Below are positions 1 through 10,899 of a DNA stretch of 64,000 nt, in pieces. The position numbers were made by a program, and so were the translations under genes. Source of the stretch: Eukaryota sp. GEM-RC1 (lineage: Eukaryota); the NCBI GenBank assembly GCA_040285855.1, contig JAUFOQ010000003.1:62001-126000 (forward strand), written 5' to 3'. The stretch's first letter is position 1. The number at the start of each line of letters is the position of its first letter. The notes under the pieces are model-generated. The model was not told the DNA's origin. It saw nothing but the letters and a program-made list of their open reading frames with translations, and made no database searches.

Positions 1-1
1 T

Positions 2-551
2 GACTATGTGGGTTCCAAACTAACAGTTATTGAATCAACATTTGATTACTACTGTTTGATGATATGGCGCATTCAAAAATGCAAAGATACGTCCATATTC
101 AAAAAACAGAAAGTAAGTTGTTGAAAAATATGACTGCAAAAGGATGGAATAAAAATGACTGTGTATTGATGTTTGGTGACAATGGTAATAAGAGGCAGAA
201 TCTAAAACACCTCCGATCAAGTAGAGGTGTGATGTGGAGAAACTTCTTTAAGAGAAATCGTTACAACCTTGTTCTCGTAGATGAGAGTTACACATCTTCA
301 AAGTGTCCTACTTGTTGGGGGCCAGTCAAAGTGTTCAAAGAAATCAGTAATCCAAAACCATGGAAAGAGAGAAGAAACCTCTGGTAAAGTGTCACGCTTT
401 GTTGAGATGTAAGTCCCAAGAATGTAGAGAAGAATGTCATGGTAGCGCCAAGGTTTGGAATCGTAACAAGTTGGCATGTATCAACATCAAAACCATTGTG
501 GAGCATCATTTGGAGCGGGGTCTAGGAGTTAGACCCAGTTATTTGTCATAG
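2..551 (+). CDS. Fanzor1 (eukaryotic TnpB/Cas12-like RNA-guided nuclease), C-terminal part; 5' end lies outside the window; two homopolymer frameshifts
   Basis: Joining three frames gives DYVGSKL...YYC(F)DDMAHSKMQRYVHIQK...VLMFGDNG...SRGVMWRNFFKRNRYNLVLVDESYTSSKCPTC...NPKPWK(R)EKKPLVKCHALLRCKSQEC...VWNRNKLACINIKTI...RPSYLS*. This matches the Fanzor1 layout: Gly at the canonical RuvC-II position, VDExxTS-CxxC, CHxLLRC...C zinc finger, WNRD-like RuvC-III. The frames are restored by +T at 55-57 and +A at 364-366. Confidence 0.85.
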
Positions 552-710
552 TCATAGTCATAGCGTTTTTACTACAGTGAATCTGTAGCATTATTGAATC
601 TTAGAATTTGTCAGACATCTTCTCAGATTCATGGAAGTAGAGAAAATGGAAAAGTATAGCTGAGGATTTCCCAATGGAAACCCCTACCTATCTCAACTGT
701 TGCTAATTTA
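552..710 (+). ncRNA. Candidate Fanzor omegaRNA scaffold
   Basis: Lies immediately 3' of the Fanzor stop. Consecutive hairpins: CTACAG 572-577/CTGTAG 583-588; TGAATCTTAGAA 595-606/TTCTCAGATTCA 620-631 (1 mismatch); GGATTTCC 664-671/GGAAACCC 676-683 inside an outer AGCTGAG/CTCAACT stem. Confidence 0.45.
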
Positions 711-966
711 GTCATGTATGTTGTCTATGTGCAGATGTTACCCTATCAAACATCCTTAAATCAACGATACCATCATTGAAAACGTCATATAACGAATAAT
801 ACGGTACACCACTAACATACCAAAGTCCGTTTATATAGAACAAGTGTTCTTCATTCAAGTTTCTTTTGTCCTTTATGGGATCTTGAAGAATATACATGTA
901 CTATTTTACATTTGATTTTAAAGTTGATGTAATTACGACTATAACATTTCTGAATAATCATTTTCT

Positions 967-1600
967 TTAAAAAGGTTGATCAAGGACGCTGACGTGATTA
1001 CTGTTGTGTACCGGTAAAAGCGATGTAATTGGAGTAGCAAACTTTAGTAACATTCGAACAAGACAATCTGAGTCACAATCACGACCTCCAACGTCATCAA
1101 CAGCAGAAACATATACAATACTAAAATCATATCTAAAAGACAAGTTCAAAAAATCCTGATCATTAAGCTGGGAGCACAGACAACCTATTGAGACTGATCT
1201 TCCCGCTCTAGACAAAAGGGGAGAAAACACGTTGAGAAGACTTGAGTGTAAGAAGGAGAAATACAATGACTCCTAGAGTTCTGAGCAAGACCCAGTCAAA
1301 GAATAGAGAGTAGATACTAGATCTAGTTGAGATACTTATTGAGTACGAGTGGAAATAGTGTTCGGTAGAGCCTTGGCTTTCACTTCATAGGACTTATGTG
1401 TCAAATAAGTTTAACTTGTTTCTTCAAGAATTACAAACGTGTAACTACATCACCGAAGAGGAAAAGAAAGCGGTCATAGGAAGAAAGCTGTTGCAAAGGT
1501 CTGCTTCAAATGAGGCGAAACACGTGAACAGCAGATGTAGTTTAGTGCGTCATAGATTAAGGCTCCAGATCTTAGTGTTGTTATGAAGCAGTTGTACTAG
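967..1600 (-). mobile_element. Probable degenerate N-terminal fragment of a CRE-like non-LTR retrotransposon ORF
   Basis: The DDVGGRDCDSDCLVRMLLKFA segment loosely resembles pre-RT segments of other retroelement relics in the window; multiple stops. Weak. Confidence 0.25.
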
Positions 1601-1637
1601 TATGGTATTGAGATAACTTTCGAACTAAGAAGAAAAC

Positions 1638-2121
1638 TAGTGTTACGAGAAACGTACTTTGTTTTTAATAAAGAGGTGCTTTTAAAAAAAAGAAACGTAC
1701 TTTTGCAAATTTTAAAGATGTACATGCTATTTTTTTAGAAATTAATAATGTTATTGCAACAAATAAACCAGCATATATCACCAACGGTGAAACAATGATG
1801 GTCAAAGTCGGTAGACGAATTTAACAGAAATTTCTAGGATTTATCAGTAGTCATATAAGTTGAAGACACGGAGAAATTTCGAATGATTTAGTTCAAGAAC
1901 AAGGTTAGGTTATGAAATTGGCAATATCCTTTTGTTGGCTTGAAAGTGAGTTTTAGAGAATTATCTCACTCAAACTGTATCAATCTGTAGTATTTGGTGA
2001 GTTTCTGTTGTACAAAAACAATTTAAAACCAGACCCGAAATTTACGTTTCCGAAACGTATTTAACGTTTCCAAGCCGATTCCATACTGATGTGTTTATTG
2101 GAAACGTTTCTCGTAACACTA
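1638..2121. mobile_element. Non-autonomous hAT element (MITE)
   Basis: Perfect 18-bp TIR TAGTGTTACGAGAAACGT (1638-1655 / 2104-2121); perfect 8-bp TSD AAGAAAAC (1630-1637, 2122-2129); subterminal GAAACGT repeats. Confidence 0.92.
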
Positions 2122-2149
2122 AAGAAAACCATCATTCTTGTTTCATAAA

Positions 2150-2720
2150 CTTACCTACTGTGAATTTCATAACAACTGCTTACTCCCAATTATGAAATTA
2201 ACTCCTGTTTTCACAGGCTGTAAGAGACATATAGCGTCATCTGACAAAGATAATCATGATCTTCATCAATGGGCTACATCACTTAGATAGACCGACTGCT
2301 TACACAGCTTACACTGCTTACACAGAACAAAGTTTCTTAGACTTAATCTATCTAAATGGATCTGACAAACATATCTACCGAAGATAGATACATCACCAGG
2401 TCGGTCTCAAGGTGGTTAACTATTGATATAACCATTTACATAACCATGTGGCTGAACGGCTTCTTTGATCTTTGAACTTTCAAGAGAATTGAGGTAAATC
2501 ATCCCCTGGGGATGTCAAAGCTTCGCAGATGCTGCATTCTTACCACTTTCCATGTCAAATATAGTTGAGTATTTTGAAAGGAATGGCGTTGAAAGGACAT
2601 TTTCTAACGGTAAATCTTACCGGTTTGGTGACTCAGTTGACTCTAAGAGAAGCTGACGGTTCAAGCTTGCCTTTACCGGTTTGATATCCCAGTTATACTC
2701 TGGGGCTTATAGTCATGACA
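2150..2720 (-). pseudogene. Degenerate DNA-transposase relic related to 3846-5140 (MULE-like)
   Basis: 2202-2245 resembles 4550-4608 at DNA level (ACAGG-TGTAAGAGACA...CATCTGA); shared LSSVD and SD..CLLxP peptide remnants. Confidence 0.3.
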
Positions 2721-3118
2721 CATAAAAAAAGCAACCCAACAAATTGATTTTCGCACATCTACAGTAGATTTTCCGACTTCCCACTTTTTCATCGTTGCAA
2801 TATTTACTTCATAGATTTACTTCAGTCTAAAAAAAAGACTGAAGTAGGTAAAAGTCTATTTTGAGCTCCTGTTTGTTTATTCTTACAGTATCCTGGAATT
2901 CTGCTTCTTCATTCAAAGCCAATGTTTTTCAACATCATTTCTTCGAATTATGTGTAAACTCTTTCAATGAAGACATTTGCAACTTTATATAATGGTAAGA
3001 ATACTATGCTTTTTAAACTACAAAGCAGAGCGACCATTCACTTTCAGTTCAAAACATCCAACTGTATTTGACAAAGTACAAGCTTCCACTTTCCTACAGA
3101 AATCATTGAAATGATATG

Positions 3119-3192
3119 GAGTTGTTGGTGTCAGTCCAGTAGTCAGTCCAGTAGGTAGTCCAGTAGTTGCCTACTGGACTGCCAAACAACTC
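3119..3192. repeat. Mini inverted-repeat element with tandem AGTCCAGTAG units
   Basis: GAGTTGTTGG...CAGTCCAGTAG at left is the near reverse complement of CTACTGGACTGCCAAACAACTC at right; three direct AGTCCAGTAG copies plus one inverted copy. Confidence 0.7.
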
Positions 3193-3465
3193 TGTCTTGA
3201 TTCTACTAGTTAAGATGGCATGTAGTTCCCTTGTGTATATATTTGATCAAATCTTCTCCAAATGACATTTTTGTAAAAGATTATATGTTCTTCTTTAAGG
3301 ACGACAACCCAAAAAATAGTTGCACATGTTCGCGACGTTCTGATAGATCTTTTGTAGCTTCTTTTCGTAAACCAAAAGAGTTGATACCGTTTGTACCTGA
3401 ACGAAGGATATGTGTGATGAGTTCCGCTCAGAGTAGCCGAGTAGGAGCCTGTTGAGGAAGTTGTT

Positions 3466-3810
3466 ATGCCTATGAATTTGGCTGACATTGAATCAGAAGA
3501 GGCGGTTACATTTCTGAAAATGGTCAGAGAGTCGAAGTGTCTATTTTGTGATAGGAAATCACAGCAACCGTATAGGGAAATCCACGAACAAGTGTATATA
3601 AAGAGGTATGATACCTCAAAGAAATCAAATCAAACGAATCGAGTTTTCAATGACAGCAATTGCACTAGGAGGTTGAGGAAGGTTACCGTAAGGCATAACA
3701 AGATCGAAACAGATGACGCAGGAGGAGAAAGAATGACAGTGAACAACGTTTTAGGAGTCTGGAGCGAAAATGGTGTTAAGCACCCGAAAATCATTAACAT
3801 AGTATCATGA
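3466..3810 (+). CDS. Hypothetical protein (114 aa, CxxC)
   Basis: ATG-started hydrophilic ORF with a CLFC motif; no family recognised. Confidence 0.2.
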   Translation: MPMNLADIESEEAVTFLKMVRESKCLFCDRKSQQPYREIHEQVYIKRYDTSKKSNQTNRVFNDSNCTRRLRKVTVRHNKIETDDAGGERMTVNNVLGVWSENGVKHPKIINIVS

Positions 3811-3845
3811 CTTCAAACGCTTAACACAACAATGAGTTTATTTCA

Positions 3846-5140
3846 TTACACTGATCGAGCATTTCTTGGACAAATCTTACGTAAAGGACAAACTTGTTTA
3901 CATGTTCCACATGGAGCTTTATAGGTCTTTTGAAAATGACCTAGAAGAAAACAGTTTTTACACACAACTTTCTTCTTTGGAATTGCATCTTCATTTAGAA
4001 TACCATAAACTGTTGGTTCATCAGTAGATGTACTAATAGCTGGAGGTAAAAGAGATTCACTTACGCTCTGCAATGCTGGTGCAAGATGTTCACTCTCATC
4101 TTTTACACAGATGTAAGAAACTCCAATACTATCGATCACATCTTTATCATGTTTGTCACCGATATCACATTCCAGTAATCAATTTTGGAGAAATGCTTCC
4201 TGACTTGATCTCTTACTTACTGGTGAACCATAAACCCTCTGTTACATCCTTGACATACAAGTTTCTCGCTAGCTCGGTACTGTTCCTGAATCTCTTGAAG
4301 TTGATATGGGTTCTTTTTCTTCATCTTTTATTTCAGACCCACAACAGTAATAAAGATAAGAACATCGTATATTTATGTTTCTTTAAACCTGTATATAGTA
4401 TAGCATTGTTCTCAAAAATAATCGGAAACAGTGATCAAAATTAAGGATTTCTGGAAACGTTTCAGAGTTACAACACCTTTCCTAAGACATAAACAATGGG
4501 AAGAGGAGAAAGTTTTATGCGACTAAATCTTAACCTCATTATGAGACTCACTCCTTTGTTTCCTTAGGCTACCTACAGGGTGTAAGAGACAAGTAGTGGC
4601 ATCTGAAACAATGCTCCTTCACAAGACAAAGTCTACTCAATTTGTTCTATCCAAACACTCTTTTTCAAGAATTCATGCATCTTTTGGGATAGAAACATCC
4701 ACAGATTGGTTTTCTTCTTACTCTTCCCGTCAATCACAGAAGCCTTCTCCATCAAGTTTTCATCCATCAACACTGGACAAACGTATCTTTCTGCCACAAC
4801 TCTTCTGTCTTCGTAGTCTAATTGTGATCTTGCGGAAACGTCTCTGTCATATACTTGATGGCTGTTACCACGTATGCATATTCGTGTGATACTCTTGCCA
4901 CGACCTCTTCCATTCCTTTTCCAAAAGAAGCAACATAGGGAAAGACTTCCTCAGTGCTGCTTCTTCTATAACTGAGACTGTTGAAGTAAGTTGTGCTTCG
5001 TGACCCCCCCCACCACCCCCAACCCCCCCTGACTAGTGCTGAATGATCTTTGCTCATTTACTGATCAATAACAATTCTTTTCTGAATCACATCTTTTTGT
5101 AAGTCTTTTCTCTTTTTTTTGGAAAGTTCTCCCTCATAGT
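3846..5140 (-). pseudogene. Degenerate MULE (Mutator-like) transposase
   Basis: Remnants across frames occur in MULE order: LSSVDG, LWMFL, SIVSD, then a C-terminal zinc-knuckle-like CKNCFLLGHFQKT; many stops and frameshifts. Confidence 0.45.
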
Positions 5141-6443
5141 CATACTTTCTGTGATCTCTTTCAAATCAAATAACTGTGTTGATTGGCAGTCACGTGATTG
5201 TATCTCAAAGAGCACGTTTTGATCGGTAAGCTAATTAGTTTAACGAAACTGACTTGTGAATGAGTAATAATTCAAAATTTGAATATTTTGTCTGATTTTT
5301 TTCTCCCATGCTGATACCTTTAACATCAAACACTTACTTGTCTGACAAAACAACATTTTTAGTAGTTAGAAAGGACATTTTGAAAAGTACTTGAAATGAT
5401 CAAAATATTGGTATCCACTTTATTTTTGAAAATGTTTTTTCCCCAGATACTCACCATTTTCAAGCTAACAATAGCTAGAAAAATTTCTAACAATTTTTTT
5501 TGGATGATGTCTTTGTTAAGTGATATTTCCAAAACATCATTATTTTGCTACATCACATTCTCTCACTCCAAAACTTTTTTATTTATTTAATTCATTCCGT
5601 CATTTAGTGATTCTATCCAGTAGAAAAAGTAAATTTCTCTACTCAGAATCTCTTCTTGATCTCGTGAACTCATTGGTTATATTTAAAATAGTTAAAAAGA
5701 TGTTTGTTATTATTACAATGAAAACGACCTTTCCACACTGCAACACAGAGCATCTAAATGTTTCTTTGTCGTTGACTGGCCTTCGACTATTGCTAGTCAC
5801 GGACCAGAGCGAGTCAGTCTCACGTCCTACGGGTATCTGGCTTGACGCCTCTTCCCCGCGGAGCGACTGAGTTAGGGCCGTGGACTCCACTCTCAGTCAA
5901 CGAATCGGATAAATTAGATTGAGAATCCAGTGCATAAGTCGGATCTCTAGACAACAGAGTTCTTCAGAAACCGTTGAAAAAGTTGGCTCTGGTAAAAAAA
6001 TTTAATTTTGGAAATTTTGATTGGATTTTGATTGACAATCGCAATCACAGTCGGAGCAAGAAACTTTCCTTGAGGACTCGCTCCCCAACGTATGATTACT
6101 GCCGGTACTACCTGATTTAATCGGGTTTACTGTGTGGTCTACATCGGTTTCCTCTGAACCTCCGTACCTTCCTTATTTGATGACAGCTTTCCATTTTTGA
6201 TTGGATATTTTTTGATTTCCGGTAAAATTTCGGTTGCAGCGGAACCAAACCAGCCTTCTAGAGTAAAAGATTTGATTTGGAGTTGTAAGAAGACTTCAAA
6301 AGGCTGATACATTTAGAATACGATTTATTTTTGAGGTTTTGCTTCAAAAAATGAACAATGTGTTCAGTTCCATTACGGTAAATTTGATTTCTTTTGAAAC
6401 GTAGCATATTTTAAATTTTATTTGGAACATGAGTAATTAAAAG

Positions 6444-6900
6444 TCACGAAACAATTTTATAGAGTAAATCTCCCATGGTAATAGGACGAATCATCTTATT
6501 GGACTTTGGAAGCCTACTCGAAGTAAGTCTACTCGAAGTATGAAACAAAGACAATGTTCGAGAGACCTTACCAGAGGAAATCAAATTAAACAAACACGTA
6601 AAGATTGAAACCAAGTCAGAAGATAACTCATTCGGGAAAAGATCCATAGTCCAAAAAGAGACACCACCAGCACTCCCTTTTGGGTAGGTATCCAAAGTAG
6701 AATAAGGATCAAAAACAAATGGAAAGAATGAATCATCAACAGGTAATTCTTCGAAAACGTCAGGATGAAGTTTTTGTAATTTTTCGATGCTCTCGGAACA
6801 GTAATCAACAGGCTTACAGTCATTTCGAACCATTAATTGAATAGACCTAATTGTTTCCAAGCATTGGGAGATACATTTATTTGATTAGTTGTTACCTTGA
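6444..6900 (-). mobile_element. CRE-like non-LTR retrotransposon fragment (pre-RT and RT domains 1-2)
   Basis: LQKLHP...YPKGSAGGVSFWT...LPKSNKMIRPITMGDLLYK matches the PxGSAxGxSGW and KxxxxxRPIxxG motifs of CRE/SLACS-clade RTs. Confidence 0.8.
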
Positions 6901-7049
6901 GCTTGAATTTCCATGTTATTGTTCCACACTTTGATCAAAATTGTTCTTGGTATTTCACGGTGAAATACGTTAATTTTTTCTCCTTTCATCATTGTAATTT
7001 TCAATAAATTGCATATTTTTTCTTTCCAAAAATTTAGTTATTTTTGTAC

Positions 7050-7790
7050 TGCCATGATAATGGTTAATGTAGAAATTTTTAAAGGTCTTTTCATCGGTCT
7101 TTGACCAGATTATACTTTAGATGATGTTAATTGATTCAAGTGAATAACGTTTCTACCGCAACGAAAAGATGTTTATAAATGAATTATACTGATACCTTTG
7201 GCTAACATAAGTTTAACAAACTCGAAAACATCATGTGTCAAAATCAATACCTTAAACATCTGAGCAGCAAGCTTTAGTGCTTCATCGCTCAACCATGAAC
7301 GCCTGAATGTACCAATTGCAGCGTTGCAATCAACAACGATATGATTATGTTCAAACACACATTTATCTTCATCAATGAACCAGACATATTCTACTTCTTG
7401 TGATAACTTCTTCTTGGATTCACTGTTCAAATGTTTGAAACAAATACCATTAAGCAGGTTTCTACGTATAATAACTTTAAACTGGCAGCCACATTTTTTC
7501 GATGAGGTTAAGCGATTTCGATCTGTAGTGGAAGGATTTATCACTAGACTTGCGTTGGAGAGGTTCTCCCGCTTGATCATAATAAAAGAACGTAGACTTC
7601 TCATTACGTCTGCTTATGGGAAGGGCATAACTGGAGAAAGCTCTGTCTTAAATATACTCGATAAGATCTTGGCTTTTGGGTACAAACTCGCTTCAGGGAA
7701 TAGTTGTACCATAGAAAAGGATACATGTTTGATAGAGGAAAACATATATAAGGCCAATATGATGAGAACAAGAAGCAATCAATAAGGGGA
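7050..7790 (-). pseudogene. MULE/FAR1-type transposase N-terminal DNA-binding domain relic
   Basis: SSKKCGCQFKVIIRR...WFIDEDKCVFEHNH is a FAR1/WRKY-GCM1 zinc-finger signature; in-frame stop upstream. Confidence 0.7.
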
Positions 7791-8169
7791 AGAATTGTCG
7801 TGGCAAGGAATTTGTCTAAGGGGGTGTCTATTTGGTTTGAACATTTTGTTTGGTAAAATGGCACTTCCATTACCAGTTGAATTTCCTTCAAGATCAATCT
7901 GAGTAACTTTGAATTTACCTGTAACGCTTCAGCCGATAAAGTATCACTTTCAGCACCAATAGTGTTAAACTCAAGATTAATATCATAAACTTTAAGGATG
8001 AATAGGAAAACATACATATACAAATACAAATAATACGTACCACAGAATCGATTGAATTTCTCTGCCCTTTCCAATTTTGTATTGGTATTGTTGACGGCAT
8101 TATATGTGCAAGTTTAATGTCTGATTTGTTTTTGAACTCTCAACCCTGAGAAGTTTGTACTCAATATTT

Positions 8170-9003
8170 ATTACAAAAATGCATTTAACTATGTGTTTTG
8201 GTCCTTGGTTTATGATGAAGTTAAGTTACACTTTCCTGAATTAGTATCTTATTTTCATATAATGTACGGAATTTATTCATCACTTGTTCTTCATGATAGT
8301 CTGTTTCCCAGTTATTAAAATTCATGATAGTTATGATACTATTTTTCCCAGTGGTGTAAAACAAGAAGAACAGCTGGTTCCGTTTCTATTTTGTTTGCCT
8401 TTACAAAAGGTACTTAGAACTTTTTCTTCCAGATTCCCTGATGTGGGGATTAATTCTTATGCCAATGATACTTTATTGGTGGGCAGTTTTGGTCAATTAA
8501 CAAAAACTTGGACCTTTTTGAGTCTATCTCAAATAAAGTGTATTAACGAAATCGAGGACTCTAAAAATGACATTAGCTTAGCTAAAATTGATCATCCTGC
8601 TATTTGTGCTTTGTTAACGGACATTCTAAGTGCTGCTGCGTCTTCTTTAGTAATGGACTATCATCAACGCTTCAATTTTAATTTGAAGGATCAAGAATGG
8701 GCAATTAAGATTTGAGATTGGGGCTCTGGCCTAGTGGCTTACTTTAACAGTCTAAGTCCATCTATAGTACATCAAAACCTGTTTCATTTCATCAAGCTGT
8801 TAATTGGTCTTGATTCTTTGATCTCAGCTGATTCTTTGAGATCTGTTCTTTACAATAGTCTTCGTGATCAATGTCTTTCTTTATTTAAATCAAACGGATT
8901 TCATAGTAAAATTGAACCTCTATTATCCGCATTTTCGGATTCTTTCATTTGTGATAAGAGTCGTGGTGATTTAACTGGCCCATGGTTAAATTTTAAAGAA
9001 GTC
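8170..9003 (+). mobile_element. CRE-like retrotransposon relic (RT core to RLE endonuclease)
   Basis: SGVKQEEQLVPFLFCL (degenerate GVxQGDPLxP), SYANDT (YADD), and IEPLL...KSRGDLTGPWL (RLE region); truncated by the minus-strand copy at 9004. Confidence 0.75.
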
Positions 9004-10290
9004 AAAAACGGGGTTTATGATCAATCAGTGAAATACTGCATTTGTTATTTGCAGAAGTTAATAACTAACAGACATTAACTAAAATATCTAAAATATGATC
9101 CTTCTGTCCATGACTGAACAACTTACCTAGAATTGAATTAAAATATCTATGCATTGAACGAAACAACGCAAACGTTAACCTACTCAACCAAAAATTTTCA
9201 TTGAAAACTTTACCGTACTCAGAACACAATTTACCAAAGGAAGTTAAAAAACCTTGTGCAGCAGGTCCAATATTACCATATATCGACATCGCAAAGGTTG
9301 AAACACAAAAGAATTGTGCCTGTCAACATTCAATTGGTTAATTAAGTGGCAATACTTTGTTTGTTTTCCTTTTTCACCCACTGCAAGAACAGAAAAATCA
9401 TCAAATTTGTTGGAAATTGATCTTGAATTACAAGGGTCAACGATTGTGAAATACATACTAATTTCCTGACAAGATAACCAAGGACCAATCAAATCACCAC
9501 AACTTCTATCAACTTTTGGCTGATCAGAAAGATTTGCAAAGAATGGTTCAATTTTTCCATGAAAACCATCAGCGACATATCCAAACATGTATCCCAGATA
9601 CTGTTGTGAATAATTGATCTAAAATGAATAAATAGATGACAGTAAACTAAATGATGAAAATTAATTAATCCTGGGAGTTCGCTTGAGAATTTGCGAAGAA
9701 TTCTTTGCAACGGCAAACAAAAAAAAAGGGCCTAAAGGATCACCTTGTCTGACACCACGGGTGGTTGAAATCGAATGTTCGTGAAAAATTAATGAAGATG
9801 AATGACCGTACATAATTTCAAAATAATACAGTAATTCAGGAAAATAATCTAACAGTTCTAAGTGAATCTGTGAGCGACAAACACAATTGAACCCATTTTT
9901 GTAGTCAACGTTCAATACAGAATTTTCCACATTTGAATTAAAAAGGAGTCAGTCATCAAACTAGCACTTATTGTACTATCTACGATTCCAATGCAATACT
10001 GAAAAGGTCTGAAATATTCCACAGCCTTAGTTTTCACCCTTTCAAAACAAATAGAAGAAAATAGTCTACTCACACATTTGCCAATAGCAATTGGTCGAAC
10101 ACCCTTGGAGCATCATTACAAAATATTGTAGAAACTCGACCGACATCAACAGCTAAATCATCAGTAACAAGACGCTTGGGACACGTTTCGTTTATCATGT
10201 TCAAAAGAAGAACAAACACTACATTGACGGGGTTTCCGCCTACACTTGAGAGTATGTGATGTTGGAGGGGGATTTTTAGGTTTGCCAAGG
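9004..10290 (-). mobile_element. CRE-like retrotransposon, internally deleted, with 3' end
   Basis: LNVDYKNGFNCV, RGVRQGDPLGPFF, IEPFF...GDLIGPWL, EKGKQTKY and FQPL-MSIYGNIGPAAQGFL are RT and restriction-like endonuclease motifs; frameshifted. The 3' region is highly similar to 63726-64000. Confidence 0.85.
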
Positions 10291-10304
10291 ATGGCAGTCA
10301 TGTA

Positions 10305-10803
10305 TAGGATTGTAATTTTGAGTCAAGATGACTCACTGAGCTTTGAGTCAGTCAGCTCGAGTCAGGCTCATTTGACTCATGAGTCAAGCCAAGCCTATGT
10401 TTCTGTCTGTGATTCAGCTTTACTCAAGTTTACTTCAATAAACAAAATTTTATACAATTTAAACGTATTCTATTACAATCACGTGTACATCGAATTCGTA
10501 GCTAATCTCTGTATAAATTTCATTTGTCTGTCCTCGATGTCTTCATCAAACTCTATCTTTATTGACGATGACTCCAGTAAAGTTCGTTCCCCTGTTTAAA
10601 CACATGTTGTCGAAAAAAATCGCTCGTGGTACGAAACAGGTGTATTAAATTCAGATCAGTAGAAAACAGTAGGATTTGTGTTATGTTATAAAGAACGATA
10701 GAAAAGAGCATTCAAAATGAGTCAGGCTTAGTTGACTCATGAGTCAAGTCAAGCTGCAAATTGTAGGCTTCTCGGCTTGACTCGGCTCATTTTAACAACC
10801 CTA
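10305..10803. mobile_element. Non-autonomous hAT element (MITE)
   Basis: Termini TAGGATTGT.../...ACAACCCTA; TSD GTCATGTA (10297-10304) versus GTCATGAA (10804-10811); dense subterminal GAGTCA/TGACTC repeats at both ends. Confidence 0.85.
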
Positions 10804-10899
10804 GTCATGAAAGAAGGAAAAAAAACTAACTAATAAAATATACAATACTATTTAGAATTTGCTTCAATCAGAATTTCCTGATTTCATAAATTTTTTCAA

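Noticed and set aside
545..563. (TCATAG)x3 as a CRISPR-like or telomeric repeat
   Set aside because: Only three contiguous 6-mers with no spacers; a simple slippage repeat.
712..897. 61-aa minus-strand ORF converging on the Fanzor 3' region as a partner gene
   Set aside because: Short, no recognisable motif and no evidence it belongs to the element.
2818..2846. Perfect 11-bp hairpin TACTTCAGTCT/AGACTGAAGTA as a terminator
   Set aside because: Eukaryotic context; more likely subterminal repeats of a transposon end.
5004..5030. C-rich tract as a functional G-quadruplex
   Set aside because: Lies within a decayed transposase; homopolymer lengths are unreliable here and there is no supporting context.
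5785..5798. GACTA...TAGTC as a group I intron P7 signature
   Set aside because: The two halves are only 4 nt apart, leaving no room for P3/P8, and no other core elements were found.
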